64,000 bases of DNA from Octopus sinensis. Taxonomy: Eukaryota. Below the pieces are notes generated by a model that was not told where the DNA came from, searched no databases, and saw only the letters and a program-made list of their open reading frames with translations. Below, one piece after another: positions 38,082 to 49,959 of this stretch. How positions within the stretch are numbered: the stretch's first letter is position 1; each line of letters opens with the position of its first letter. The stretch is from the NCBI RefSeq assembly GCF_006345805.1, contig NC_043007.1, forward strand, positions 12,462,001 to 12,526,000, given 5' to 3'. Made by a program: the position numbers and the translations under genes.

Positions 38082-38323
38082 TGCATTGTTTTATTCTTTT
38101 ATTGGTTTCAATCGTTGAACTGTGGCCATACTGGAGTATCATCTTCATCAATTATATTCACCCTAGTACCCTGTCTGATACTTATTTTAACCGTGGTCAT
38201 CAGAGCAGAAAGCTTAGTCAATCATGCATAAAATATAGTAACTGAGATAAAGCAAAATATCACAAGGTAAGTTTGGCTCAACACACCAATTCTGCTATCC
38301 ACTGCCAATATACATACATGCAC

Positions 38324-38372
<49 letters not shown>

Positions 38373-38420
38373 TTTGATTAATCTACTACAAGATTATTCA
38401 TCTTTCTATTTCACATTATA

Positions 38421-38466
<46 letters not shown>

Positions 38467-38774
38467 ATACACACACACACACAAATACACATACATTCAT
38501 ACATATGCATAGACATACATACTTATGTACATACACACATGCACATACATGCATAAATAAATATTCATTAATAATTAATTAACATTGAATAGAGGTCAAT
38601 ATGCTTGTATACATGTAGTGAAATATTATATATTCACTTTTTCAATGCATTTAATGATGTTTCTTTCTCTAATTTTACGAGTCTGCAATATTTATCGGCT
38701 CAGCATCAATCATTAATAATACATAGTTAAAATAACAATGAACAAATTACAGATCCCTGTGGTACACCATTTAT

Positions 38775-39265
38775 ATATATGTCATCGTTTAACGTCCGCC
38801 TTCCATGCTGGCATGGGTTGGACAGCTTGACTGAGGACTGGCAAGCCAGAAGGTTGCACCGGGCTCGATCTGATCTAGAAAAGTTTATATATATATATAT
38901 ATATATATATCATCATCATCATCATCATCATTGTTTAACGTTCGTTTCCCTTGCTAGCATGGGTTGGACGGTTTGACTGGGGTCTGGGGAGACAGGAGGC
39001 TGCACCAGGCTCCAGTCTTGATCTGGCAGTGTTTCTACAGTTGGATGCCCTTGCTAACGCCAACCACTCTGTGAGTGTAGTGGGTGCTTTTTGCATGCCA
39101 CCGGCACAAGGGCCAGAAGAGGCTGGCAACAGCCACAATCGGATGGCACTTTTTACGTGCCACCAGCACAGAAGCCAGTCAAGGCAGTGCTGGCATCTTC
39201 CACCTTCAGATGGTGCTTTTTACATGCCAATGGTACGGGTATCACAACTACAACTTCCATATGAT
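38775..39265 (-). mobile_element. Two RTE 3' UTR fragments
   Basis: (CAT)n-GTTTAACG.. starts at ~38780 and ~38930. Confidence 0.8.
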
Positions 39266-39268
39266 ATT

Positions 39269-39304
<36 letters not shown>

Positions 39305-39475
39305 TGTGTACATTTATAATGTACACAACATTTTATATGAATAATATATAGTCTATTGACTAATTTTTTTTACGCTAGGCCACTGGTAATAAAACATTTC
39401 TATAATTCTTATTACCCTAATATTATATATATATATAGTTATGGTATATTCTATTAAGAACGTAGTAGAGTACAG

Positions 39476-39810
39476 TATTAGGCACTTGTCCACCTTCAGA
39501 TTTACTCTGTGCTATCCAGTAGTCGTATAATATGTACTTCCAGCTTTGTGTTTGGAGCATCTGTTGTATGTGAATTGATAAGTGAAAAGACTGGAGTCAA
39601 CAAGAAGGTGTAACAGTTAGACATTAATTTTTTAATCACTACAGTTGTTTCCAGACAACGTAGAATGCCAATCAAATGTCGACCCTTTTAAAACGGCAAC
39701 TACTTTAACAGTACCAGCATCACCATCCCACTACATCTACACGTTCAAAGCAGTTTGGCAATGGACCTTTAGCCACAACACACCCTGATAAGCTCAATGA
39801 CTACTACTAC
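39476..39810. mobile_element. Rearranged copy of the hammerhead-bearing repeat at 47326-47760
   Basis: 39476-39663 is the reverse complement of 47570-47760; 39720-39800 matches 47326-47410 in forward orientation. Confidence 0.75.
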
Positions 39811-39909
39811 AGGGATCAATAAAGTAATGTACCAGTCATGTACTTGGGTTGATGATAGTAACTAATGCCTTCTGATGAAAATTACTGACCTTGAGCGTTA
39901 GTTAGAGAG

Positions 39910-40332
39910 AATCATCGTCATCATCATCATCATCTTCACCATTACCATCATCACTGTTGTTGTCATCGTTGCCGTTGTCATCATTGTCACCATCATCTCA
40001 TCAACATCATCATCCCCACCACCACCACCACCACCACTATACCCACAATCTCAACCATCATCATCATCACCACCACAACCACTACCACCATTATGACCAC
40101 TACCACCACCACCACCACACCTGTCATCATCATCATCATCGTCATCATCATCATCATCATCATCACCACCACCACCACTGTCATCATCATCATCATCGTC
40201 ATCGTCATCGTCATCATCATCACCACCACCACCACTGTCATCATCATCACCATCATCATCACCACCACCACCACCACAACCACTGTCATCATCATCATCA
40301 TCATCATCATCATCACCACCACCACCACCACC

Positions 40333-40366
<34 letters not shown>

Positions 40367-40480
40367 TCATCATCTCATCATCATCATCATCCCCACCACC
40401 ACCTCCACTATACCCACAATCACAACCGTCATCGTCATCATCACCACCACCACCACCACCACTGTCATCATCATCATCAC
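39910..40480. repeat. (CAT)n/(CAC)n trinucleotide tract
   Basis: Visible repeat; source of the poly-His/Met ORFs. Confidence 0.95.
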
Positions 40481-40894
40481 TTTGCAAACAGTATGGCAGG
40501 AACTAAAAGATACAAATGGAAAGAGGTGACACGAAGAAAAGGAAGTACTAAGGAAATGTAACACATTTATCAAGAAAGAATATAAAAAAAAAAAAAAGGG
40601 TTCACCAAAAACACACCTAAAAGACATAGATTTACCAAAAGATGGGATGGCAAATGGAATTTGATGGCAGATTTACTGGGATGCAGGGGAAAGCAGATCT
40701 TTCCTCTACTTGCAACTAAACAGAAATTTGATTGGTCTAATTTGAAGGGAGTGCACGAAAATGGGTTCCACTTTGAGGGGTAAATGTCAGCTGGAAATTA
40801 TATTTTGCTGACACAGAACAGGGAGAGAGAACTTGATGAGAGTATGCTTATTGGATGATGTTTATGAGGCTGAGTGGAATGGTAGAAGGTTATC

Positions 40895-41290
40895 TGTTTC
40901 TTTATTACCCACAGAGGGGACAAACAAGGACAGACAAAGGGACTAAGTCGATTACATCGACCCCCAGTGCATAACAGGTATTTAATTTATCAACCCCGAA
41001 AGGATGAAAGGCAAAGTCGACCTCGGTGGAATTTGAACTCAGAACGTAACGGCAGACGAAATACCTATTTCTTTACTACCCACAAGGGGTTAAACAGAGA
41101 GGATGAACAAGGACAAACGGATTAAGTCGATTACATCAACCTCAATGCGTAACTGGTACTTAATTCATCAACCCCGAAAGGAGGAAAGGCAAAGTCGACA
41201 TCGGCGGAATTTGAACTCAGAACGTAACGGCAGACGAAATATGGCTGTGCATTTCGCCCGGCGTGCTAACGGTTCTGCCAGCTCACCGCC
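40895..41290 (-). mobile_element. Family C SINE dimer
   Basis: Head near 41285; junction GAAATACCTATTTCTTTAC near 41058-41076. Confidence 0.85.
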
Positions 41291-41426
41291 TTGAATGGTA
41301 GAGGGTTATCACCTTGAAGTAGATACATGAGTCGTAATTTCTCGGAGAAAATGAAAGAAAAAATTTGGTTCTCTTCACAAAAGAACAAAGAATTGTATGA
41401 ATAAAGAATGGGTAACAGTAGAAAAT

Positions 41427-41699
41427 GTAAAGATAGTTTGCCAACATAACATGGCAGTCCTGGTTTAGGACGAATGTTGCTGTAATTTAGCCCCAGGAGA
41501 CATCGTCTCCAGCTGGCTATATGACACAATTCGTGTCCTTACATTTTCGGACAAGGGAATCTAGCAGCCCCTTGTTCGAAAATCTAAGGATACAGATCAT
41601 GTCGTATAGCCAGCTGGAGACAATGTCTCCTGGGGCTAAATTACAGTAACATTCGTCCTAAACCAGGACTGCCATGTTGTGTTGGCAAACAATCTTTAC
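41427..41699. mobile_element. ~270-bp fold-back (palindromic) MITE
   Basis: GTAAAGATAGTTTGCCAACA.. / ..TGTTGGCAAACAATCTTTAC; arms pair over ~130 bp. Confidence 0.85.
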
Positions 41700-42124
41700 T
41701 TCAAAGTACTGTTGCTGAATATCTCACGTTGTAAGATTTAAAAATAGTAATTTTCTAATGTGTTGATGTTAATTTGGCTTGAAAAAGAAATAAACGATGA
41801 ACATTGGTTTGATTAAATCCCTTTTGGTTGGATGGCTCTTACCATGATAAGAAATATACAGTCATGCAATTTTAATTGCTTGATTGTAATCAATAATTAT
41901 TGATGACTTCAATAAGCAATTTTGGATCTATTAATGGAGATATTGTTAAATAAGTGTCTAACTTTGACCAAAATCTCTCTTGGAATTAATTATGTTCAGT
42001 CTATTGCGATATCAGCTGCCAAGACAGCTGGATCTTGTTTCCATGCTTACAAATTTCTTACACCTGAGAATATCTTGTGTCTCTATAACACTACATATTC
42101 ACTGAATATTACTGACAATTACAA

Positions 42125-42315
42125 AGGCGAGCTGGCAGAAACGTTAGCACGCTGGGCGAAATGCTTAGCGGTATTTCGTCTGCCGCTACGTTCTGAGTTC
42201 AAATTCTGTCAAGGTTGACTTTGCTTTTCATCCTTTCAGGGTCGATTAAATAAGTACCAGTTATGCACTGGGGTCGATGTAATCGACTTAATACCTATGT
42301 CTGTCCTTGTTTGTC
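42125..42315 (+). mobile_element. Family C SINE monomer
   Basis: GGCGAGCTGGCAGAAACGTTAGCACGCTGGGCGAAATG head and core. Confidence 0.85.
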
Positions 42316-42318
42316 ATA

Positions 42319-42369
<51 letters not shown>

Positions 42370-42467
42370 TATACATATATACATATATACATATACATAC
42401 ATATATATATATACATATATATACATATATATATAATATATATATATATATAATATATATATATATA

Positions 42468-42503
<36 letters not shown>

Positions 42504-42547
42504 TATATATATATATATAATATATATATATATATTATATATAATAT

Positions 42548-42590
<43 letters not shown>

Positions 42591-43182
42591 ATACATATAT
42601 AAGATGCACCCGCTGTAATAAATCAGACTGGAGTCTGGTGCAGCCTTCCAGTTTGCCAGTCCTGGTCAAAAACCAACCCATGCCAGCGCGGACAACGGAC
42701 GTTAAATGACGATGATGATGATCACACACACGCACACACACACACTGATTACCATCGTTATTATTGCAACCTGCCAGAGAAGGTTGAGCAGACGCAGTAG
42801 CCTCCCCTTTCTTATTGTCTCTGTTATTCCATCAGCCGTGGTTGAATGAACCGATAGTCTCCGGCATCCATCCGTAACCATCCCCTCATTTATGCCATAT
42901 TTCCTCCAAGACTATGATATCCAAAATGTTCTTCCTTTTTTTTCTTTCTTGTTCTTATTTTTATTTTGGAACAGTAAGCTGTGAACGGAGTGAGATTTTG
43001 CTATTTCTAAGAGAGATCGAAGAATTAAATTCTCATTGAGCGTAGACTACGGTTTAGTTACAAGAAGTTCGCTTCTCTTCATAGAACCAGGCTACTTGGA
43101 AAAGTTTAAAAAACCTATACAGTACCGTTCCAGAAATCCGGGAATACTGTGAAATACACCACAGCCAAAAACAAAAACAAAA

Positions 43183-43415
43183 ATAGTGTAATAGGTGTAA
43201 AACAACTTGCTCTGAACGAATATGAAAAAAAAAAAGGCCGCTCGCGAACAGGGGGGGGAGGAGCACTCGGAAAATTCACATCGATAGACCTTGACCTTTA
43301 AACTCCAGTGTTTGACCCGAGGAAAAACAAAAAAAATTTTTTACGAGTGTTATAAGTGTAAAACAAAATGTAGTAAATGAATATGAAAAACAAAAATGTG
43401 CTCTGGCGAACCTGG
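43183..43415 (+). repeat. Left arm of an inverted repeat (plus a degenerate tandem unit)
   Basis: ATAGTGTAATAGGTGTAAAACAACTTGC..GCTCGCGAAC..CTCGGAAAATTCACATC and GTTTGACCCGAGGAAAAA match the reverse complement of 44631-44757. Confidence 0.75.
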
Positions 43416-43662
43416 GGTGTATATGCATACACACACATATGTCTGTATGATTTGCATGCAATGTACATATATAGAGAGTGGGCTAGAAATAATTATATAT
43501 AAATTATATATATATATATATATACACACATACATACATACATACATACTACATACATACATACATACATACATACATACATACATACATACATACGTAC
43601 ATACGTACATACGTACATGCAAGCATGCATGCATGCTTGCATGTATGTATGTATGGATGGAT

Positions 43663-43701
<39 letters not shown>

Positions 43702-43830
43702 TGTGTATATACATATATATATGTTTGCGTGTAAGTATATATACATATACATATATACACACACTGAGCTGAGCTGAGCTTCCGCGCGTCGCTGCGTTCC
43801 CATTCCAACTGAGGTGTGGCAGGTGGCCAG

Positions 43831-44407
43831 GGACCCGAAAGATGGCGATCCACGTCCGGGTCGGGACGAAGCCAGAGGAAACTCTGGTGGAAGTCCGAAG
43901 CGCCTCTGACGTGCAAATCGATCATCGGAACCGGGTGTAGGCGCAAAAGACCAATCAAGCCGTCAAGTAGCTGGTTCTCTCTGAAGTTTCCCTCACGATA
44001 GCTGGCGCCAGCAGGAGAACGACACGCAATTCCATCCGGTAAAGCGAACGACTGGAGGCCCCGGGGACGTTGACGGCCTCGATCTACTCTCGAACTCAGA
44101 ACGGGCGAAACGGGCCGCTCCTCTCCCGGTCGGAGGTGGCCATATATCACAGCCATTGCGACGTAATGAATGCACAGTGCGAAGTCGGCCACTTTTGGTA
44201 AGCAGAACTGGTGATGTGGAATGAACCGAACGTCCGGCTAAGGTACCCTACGCTTCGCCCATTAGATTCCCGAAAGGGCGTCGGTCGATATAGACGGCAG
44301 GACGGTGGCCACAGAAGTCAGAACCCGCTCAGGAGTGTGTAACAAATTACCTGCCGAATCGACCGGCCTCGAAAATGGATGGCGCTGGAGCGAGCGACCG
44401 ATGCCGG
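43831..44407 (+). pseudogene. 28S rRNA: Isolated 28S rRNA fragment (orphan rDNA pseudogene)
   Basis: Colinear conserved LSU blocks: GACCCGAAAGATGG, GAAGCCAGAGGAAACTCTGGTGGA, CTGACGTGCAAATCG, GTAGCTGGTTC, GGCCACTTTTGGTAAGCAGAACTGG, GCAGGACGGTGGCC, GGAGTGTGTAACAA, CCTGCCGAATC, AAAATGGATGGCGCT. Lesions in invariant sites; no 18S, 5.8S or other 28S parts. Confidence 0.93.
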
Positions 44408-44630
44408 TGAAAAGTAACAACCACATACAATCACCAAACATCTTCACTACTTAACACCGTCCAAGTCAACCCTCTTCACCTTTACAGCTGACATGAAAAA
44501 CCACGAGGAAAAGGCAACCATTTTAATTAAGCAAAAAAAAAATTGAGAAAAAAACTTATTGCTATTAAAACGCTTGAAATTTGGGGGTTAATCATCTTAA
44601 TCTTTAGTTACAGTTCATCATTGGTCTGAG

Positions 44631-44757
44631 GATGTGAATTTTCCGAGGCCTCTCCTCCACCACCACCGCCGTTCGCGAGCGTGCAATTTTTTTCATATTC
44701 GTTTACAGCAAGTTGTTTTACACCTATTTCACTATCTTTTTTTTCCTCGGGTCAAAC
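44631..44757 (-). repeat. Right arm of the inverted repeat
   Basis: Reverse complement of the 43183-43327 motifs. Confidence 0.75.
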
Positions 44758-45338
44758 CCTTTAGCTAAGAATTTTAAGAGGATTAATAAATATCAAGAGG
44801 GACCCTGCTTTAGAAGTGTAGTAATTTAAGTCAGTTAAATACAATTTAGCTTCTAAGTTTTCCATAGCTTATTTTATATTTCAAGTATATGTGTTTGCAG
44901 AAAATTTGAAGATTCCTGCAACCTGGGCCAGTAACGACCTCAAGTTTGCCGGGTGGTTGGTCCGGTAGTTTATATAATCTTACTACTTTTAAAGTTCTTC
45001 ATAAATTTGCGAGATTTATAAAGCGAATGGAGTTATCCAAGAATATGAGGTTGTCTCCCTTGAATTAAGAGTGTCAGTAAAGAGTTATTTCCCTTGCATC
45101 GTTTTACGATTTCTGTTTAACTTCAATTATGTGCGGATGCATATTTATGTACAACCTTTAAAACGATGTCCGCTCTCTCTATATCTCCTCTTCTTCTCTT
45201 TCTCTCTCGCTTAACCCATCTCTGTATTGATTTCATTAATTTCTATCAAATGTAGATTAATGGCATTGAGTATTCTTTCCTTGGACAGTCAACATGAACT
45301 GAAAACGTTTATGTATGCGCATATGAGGGCTGTGTGAA

Positions 45339-45675
45339 GTCGCACGCCTCAGTGGTTTGAGCGTCAGGCTCACAACCATGAGGTAATGAGTTCGATTCCA
45401 GGACCAAACCGTGTGTTGTGTCCTCGAGCAAAACACTTTATTTTATGTTATTCAAGTTTGCTCAACTGTAGAAATGGGTTGCGACATCACTAATGCCAGG
45501 CTATATTGACATTTTGCCTTTCTCTTCGATAAAATCGGTGGCGTGCAAAGGGATAACTGGTATGCATGGGTGACTGCTGGTCTTCCATAAACAATGTTGC
45601 TTGGACGTGTGCCTCAGAGGGTAACTTTCTAGGTGCAGTCCCATGGTCAGTCATAACTGAACGGGGTCTTTACCC
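45339..45675 (+). mobile_element. tRNA-derived SINE (family D, CORE-like)
   Basis: CTCAGTGGTTTGAGC (A-box-like) and GAGTTCGATTCC (B box), then GTGTTGTGTCCTCGAGCAAAACACTTTA..CTGTAGAAATGGG. Confidence 0.75.
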
Positions 45676-45679
45676 TATC

Positions 45680-46025
45680 CGAGCGTGATCGTTGCTAGAG
45701 TGGCTATCTGGCGTTCGTACCGGTGGCATGTAAAAAGCACCATTCGAACATGATCACTACCAGCGTTGCCTTACTGGCACTTGTGCTGGTGTGAAGGTGA
45801 CACATTAAAAAAAAACACGACTTTTTCATGGCCGTTGCCAGTACCTCCCGAGTGGCACGTAAAAGCACCCACTACACTCTCGGAGTGGTTAGGAAGGGCA
45901 TCCTGCTGTAGAAACTCTGCCAGATCAGACTGGAGCCTAGTACAGCCATCTGGTTTGCCAGTCCTCAGTCAAATCGTCCAACCTATGCTAGCATGGAAAG
46001 TGGACGTTAAACGACGATGATGACG
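45680..46025 (+). mobile_element. RTE 3' UTR fragment
   Basis: Ends GGACGTTAAACGACGATGATGA. Confidence 0.8.
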
Positions 46026-46329
46026 ATAATTATGTATAATCATTAAACAGGTATGATCATTGCTGACAAGTGTCAGCAAAACCTGTGTAAGGGTTTCAAA
46101 TCCAGTGCGGCTTCACAACTTCACAGAGACTCTCACTAGCAACATCAAAATAGCTCAGACACAAGCAACGTGCAAGAGATCTGGTTCTGTAGAGCAGCGG
46201 GTTTTATATACGAGTTTTCTCCTAGAGGGATGCCTTGACAAAGACCAGGGGTCCCTCACTTCCAGTGGGCTTACTGTACCCTCAGATGCCAACACAACTA
46301 TTACTACGTTCTGGGGCACAAGAATTAGC

Positions 46330-46470
46330 AACATCCATAACCAAAGGAATAATTAGGAATATAGCCACCGGAGTATCATGCCTATCAGCCACAGAGACAA
46401 TATTCAACATACATGCACCTTACTACAATAAAGCACTAGCTTGGGTTGGGTATAAGAAAAAAAATCAAGT
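46330..46470 (+). mobile_element. Possible Penelope-like RT C-terminal fragment
   Basis: KGIIRNIATGVSCLSATETIFNIHAPYYNKALAWVGYKKK resembles the PLE I..RLS.LS..E.IF...AP.Y..AL...GY region (from recall). Confidence 0.4.
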
Positions 46471-46984
46471 TCACACCTGGTGAAGCCCTAAATAATACTA
46501 ACAACCACATACCTAAAGTAGAAAACACACACAACATGAAAGACAACAACAAACACATAACAATAAAAACACAAAAAAACCAAGACACAATGGAAAGATA
46601 TGAAAAAAAATAAACAGCACTCAAAAAGATAACAATGATAGCTAAAGCATGCAGATTGACCTTGAACACTGCTATGCATTCGCACAAAGTTTTAACATTC
46701 TAGCTCACTTCTGCTGTTCACAGCAGTACTTGGAAGGAATGTGTGTAGCGTGTGATCGTTGGATGTATACATAGAAATGTTTTATATGGGTATATGTGTG
46801 TGAATATATATATTTATATGTATGAGTGTGGGTATGTTGGTGTGTTTGTGTGTGCATGTAAGTAGATATATATACATATGTGTAAGCGTGTGTATGCACA
46901 CACGACATACATTTGTGTATGTATATGCATGCGACAATATGTTTATATATGTGTGTGTATGTGAGTGCATGTACATGTATATGT

Positions 46985-47110
46985 AGAAACACTGCCAGAT
47001 CAGATTGAAGCCTAGTGCAGCCATCTGGTTTGCCAGTCCTCAGTCAAATCGTCCAACCCATGCCAGCATGGAAAGCGGACGTTAAAAAATGATGACGATG
47101 ACGATGATGA
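46985..47110 (+). mobile_element. Short RTE 3' terminal fragment
   Basis: GCCAGATCAG..CCAACCCATGCCAGCATGGAAAGCGGACGTTAAA-(GAT)n. Confidence 0.75.
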
Positions 47111-47487
47111 TGGTGATGTATATGTATGTATGTGTGAATGTATGTGTATGAATGCATGTATATGTGTGTGCATGCACATGTATGTGTGTATGTGTCCGAG
47201 GGCTGAGTCTCAAAGGCCAGCTAAGGACAATCGCATGTGTAACCAACCATGAAGAACAAACCAGCAGTGCAAAGAAATAAAATACACAAGAAATAAAATA
47301 CCAATCTCTTGAAAATGGCAGAATCACCATCCCACTACATCTACACATCGAAAGCAGTTTGGCAATGGAGCTTTAGCCACAACACACCCTGATATGCTAA
47401 GTTTCTACTACTAAATTCAGGTCACCACAGACAGAGAGGATGTTCTTGAAGCCGAAGATTTCAAACTTACGGAGACAATACTTACAT

Positions 47488-47593
47488 ATCGCCTGAGGAA
47501 GCACAACTAGATCTCATTATGCAGGGAAACAGTTGCATAATCAACTACCTGCATGCATAGAGAACTATGTTGCGTGGAAACAACTGTAGTGAT
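47488..47593 (+). ncRNA. Type-I hammerhead motif with a long stem II
   Basis: AUCGC-CUGAGGA-A-GCACAAC...GUUGCGU-G-GAAAC-AACU-GUA-GUGAU. 5-bp stem I, 3-bp stem III. Confidence 0.6.
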
Positions 47594-47889
47594 TAAAAAA
47601 CTAATGTCTAACTGTTACTCCTTCTTGTTGACTGCAATTTTTACAATTACCTATTCACACACGACAAATGCCCAAGTGCAAACCAGGAAGTATATAAAAT
47701 ACTACTACTACTGGATAGCACAGGGTAAACCTGAAGGTGGATGAGTGCCTAATACGGTACTCTACTACGTTCTTAACAGAATATACAATAGCTATATATA
47801 TATATATATATATACACTTCTGTCTTTCTTTCTCTCTCTCTCTCTCTTTCCACACATACACTCACACATATGTACATACTCACACATAT

Positions 47890-48650
47890 ACTCTTTACTC
47901 TCTCTTTTACTCTTTTACTTGCTTCAGTCATTTGACTGCGGCCATGCTGGAGCACCGCCTTTAGTTGAGCAAATCGACCCCGGGACTTATTCTTTGTAAG
48001 CCCAGTACTTATTCTATCGGTCTCTTTTGCTGAACCGCTAAGTGACGGGGATGTAAACACACCAGCATCGGTTGTCAAACAATGCTAGGGGGACAAACAC
48101 AGACACACAAACACACACATACATATATATCATCATCATGATCATCATCATCGTTTAACGTCCGTTTTCCACGCTAGCACGGGTTGGATGGTTCGACCGG
48201 GGTCTGGGAAGCCAGGGGCTGCTCCAGGCTCCAGTCTGATCTGGCAGAGTTTCTACGGCTGGATGCCCTTACTAACGCCAACCACTCCGCGAGTGTAGTG
48301 GGTGCTTTTTACGTGCCACCTGCACAGGTGCCAGGGGGGGTCCGGCATCGGTCACGATCGGTTGGAGCTTTTAACGTGCCAGCGGCACGGAAGGCAGCCA
48401 AGGCGGTGCTGGCAACGTTCGGATGGTCTTTTTATGTGCCACTGGCACAGGAGCCAGTCAGGGCGGCGCTGGCATATACATATATACGACAGGCTTCTTT
48501 CAGTTTCCGTCTACCAAATCCACTCACAAAGCATTGGTCAGCCCGGGGCTATAGTAGAAGACACTTGCCCAAGATGCCACACAGTGGGACTGAACCCGGA
48601 ACCATGTGGTTGGTTAGCAAGCTACTTACCACACAGTCACTCCTGCGCCT
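47890..48650 (-). mobile_element. Family A SINE split by an RTE 3' UTR fragment (48130-48475) inserted in its internal microsatellite
   Basis: 3' half at 47890-48125 and 5' half at 48480-48650 flank the RTE block. Confidence 0.85.
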
Positions 48651-48764
48651 ATATATACATAACATGAAGAGACATGGGGAAAACATCACCTCTTTAATTG
48701 ATGTTTGCACTATACATTACCAATTGACATTTGTTACTATTAACCTATTTTACCTCTCGTTTAT

Positions 48765-49330
48765 AAATAATGAAATTATTGTATACAGTGCTCAGGTGCA
48801 CCACAACTTGTCAGAAAGTGCATATAAAGTACATGCAGTAATGTACAAATGTCTGGAAAGCGAACAATGTATGAGTCAGATACATGCTTGTGTGTGTATG
48901 GAGGGGAGAAAATCAAGTGTAGTGTTGGCGAATCTCAGGAAGCATGGAAGTTTTGTAGGATGCAGTGCTCCGACAACTAACAACTGATGCCGGCAGTTTG
49001 TTCCATGCTTCAGCAACTCTCAGCGTGAAAAAATGTTTCCTGAAGTCATGGGAGCTGTACTGTTTTCTTACTTTGTAAATATGTCCACGGGTATTAGATG
49101 GGTGGAGTTTGAAAAGATGCTCAGAGTTATTGTTTGTACGATGGTTGATAATTTTATGGGTGTCTGCCAAGTCAGCTGCCAGACGTCAGAGTTTCAATGT
49201 GTCCATGCCCAGGGAAGCAAGGCGTTCAGGATATGGCAAGTGCCTGATGGAGGGTATTCATATATATGTATATATATGTGTTATATCCTCATGGATAAAC
49301 AAATACACTGCAGCAGTGTAATAATATAAT
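48765..49330 (-). mobile_element. CR1/L2-type LINE 3' end
   Basis: LFKLHPSNTRGHIYKVRK..DFRKHFFTLRVAEAWNKLPASVV is the typical CR1/L2 ORF2 C-terminus. Confidence 0.88.
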
Positions 49331-49354
49331 CGAAGCAAATCATTCATTTAACTC

Positions 49355-49755
49355 GTTCTGTGGCTGTGTGGTAAGTAGCTTGCTTACCAACCACATGGTT
49401 CCAGGTTCGTTCCCACTGCGTGGCATCTTGGGCAAGTGTCTTCTACTAAAGCCTTGGGCCGACCAAAGCCTTGTGAGTGGATTTGGTAGATGGAAACTGA
49501 AAGAAGCCCGTCGTATATATGTATGTGTGTGTGTGTGTGTGTGTTTGTGTGTTCGTGTGTTTGTCCCCCTAGCATTGCTTGACAACCGATGCTGGTGTGC
49601 TTATGTCCCCGTAACTTAGCGGTTCGGCAAAAGAGACCAATAGAATAAGTACTGGGCTTACAAAGAATAAGTCCTGGTGTCGATTTGCTCGACTAAAGGT
49701 GGTGCTCCAGCATGGCCACAGTTAAATGACTGAAACAAGTAAAAGAGTAAAGGAG
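49355..49755 (+). mobile_element. Family A SINE, full length
   Basis: Head, body and tail. Confidence 0.9.
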
Positions 49756-49959
49756 AACCAAAAAGCCAAGCTAACTCAAACTGTGAACTTTGAACTATCA
49801 ACACATGAACTGTGGAACTAGCACCAATAACCTCACTTATTCAGACCACTACTATTTATATGTAGTGGTCTAGTCCATTCTCACCAGGGGGCATCGTACT
49901 CTCACACAAAATCTCCCCTTTTGAAATTTCGTGTCCCAAAAGAATAAAGAATTTATATA

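Noticed and set aside
39957-40529. Poly-histidine ORF
   Set aside because: (CAT/CAC)n tract; all overlapping frames are similarly open.
43831-44407. Functional rDNA unit or contaminant rRNA
   Set aside because: Only an internal 28S piece with lesions in invariant positions, embedded in host-type microsatellites.
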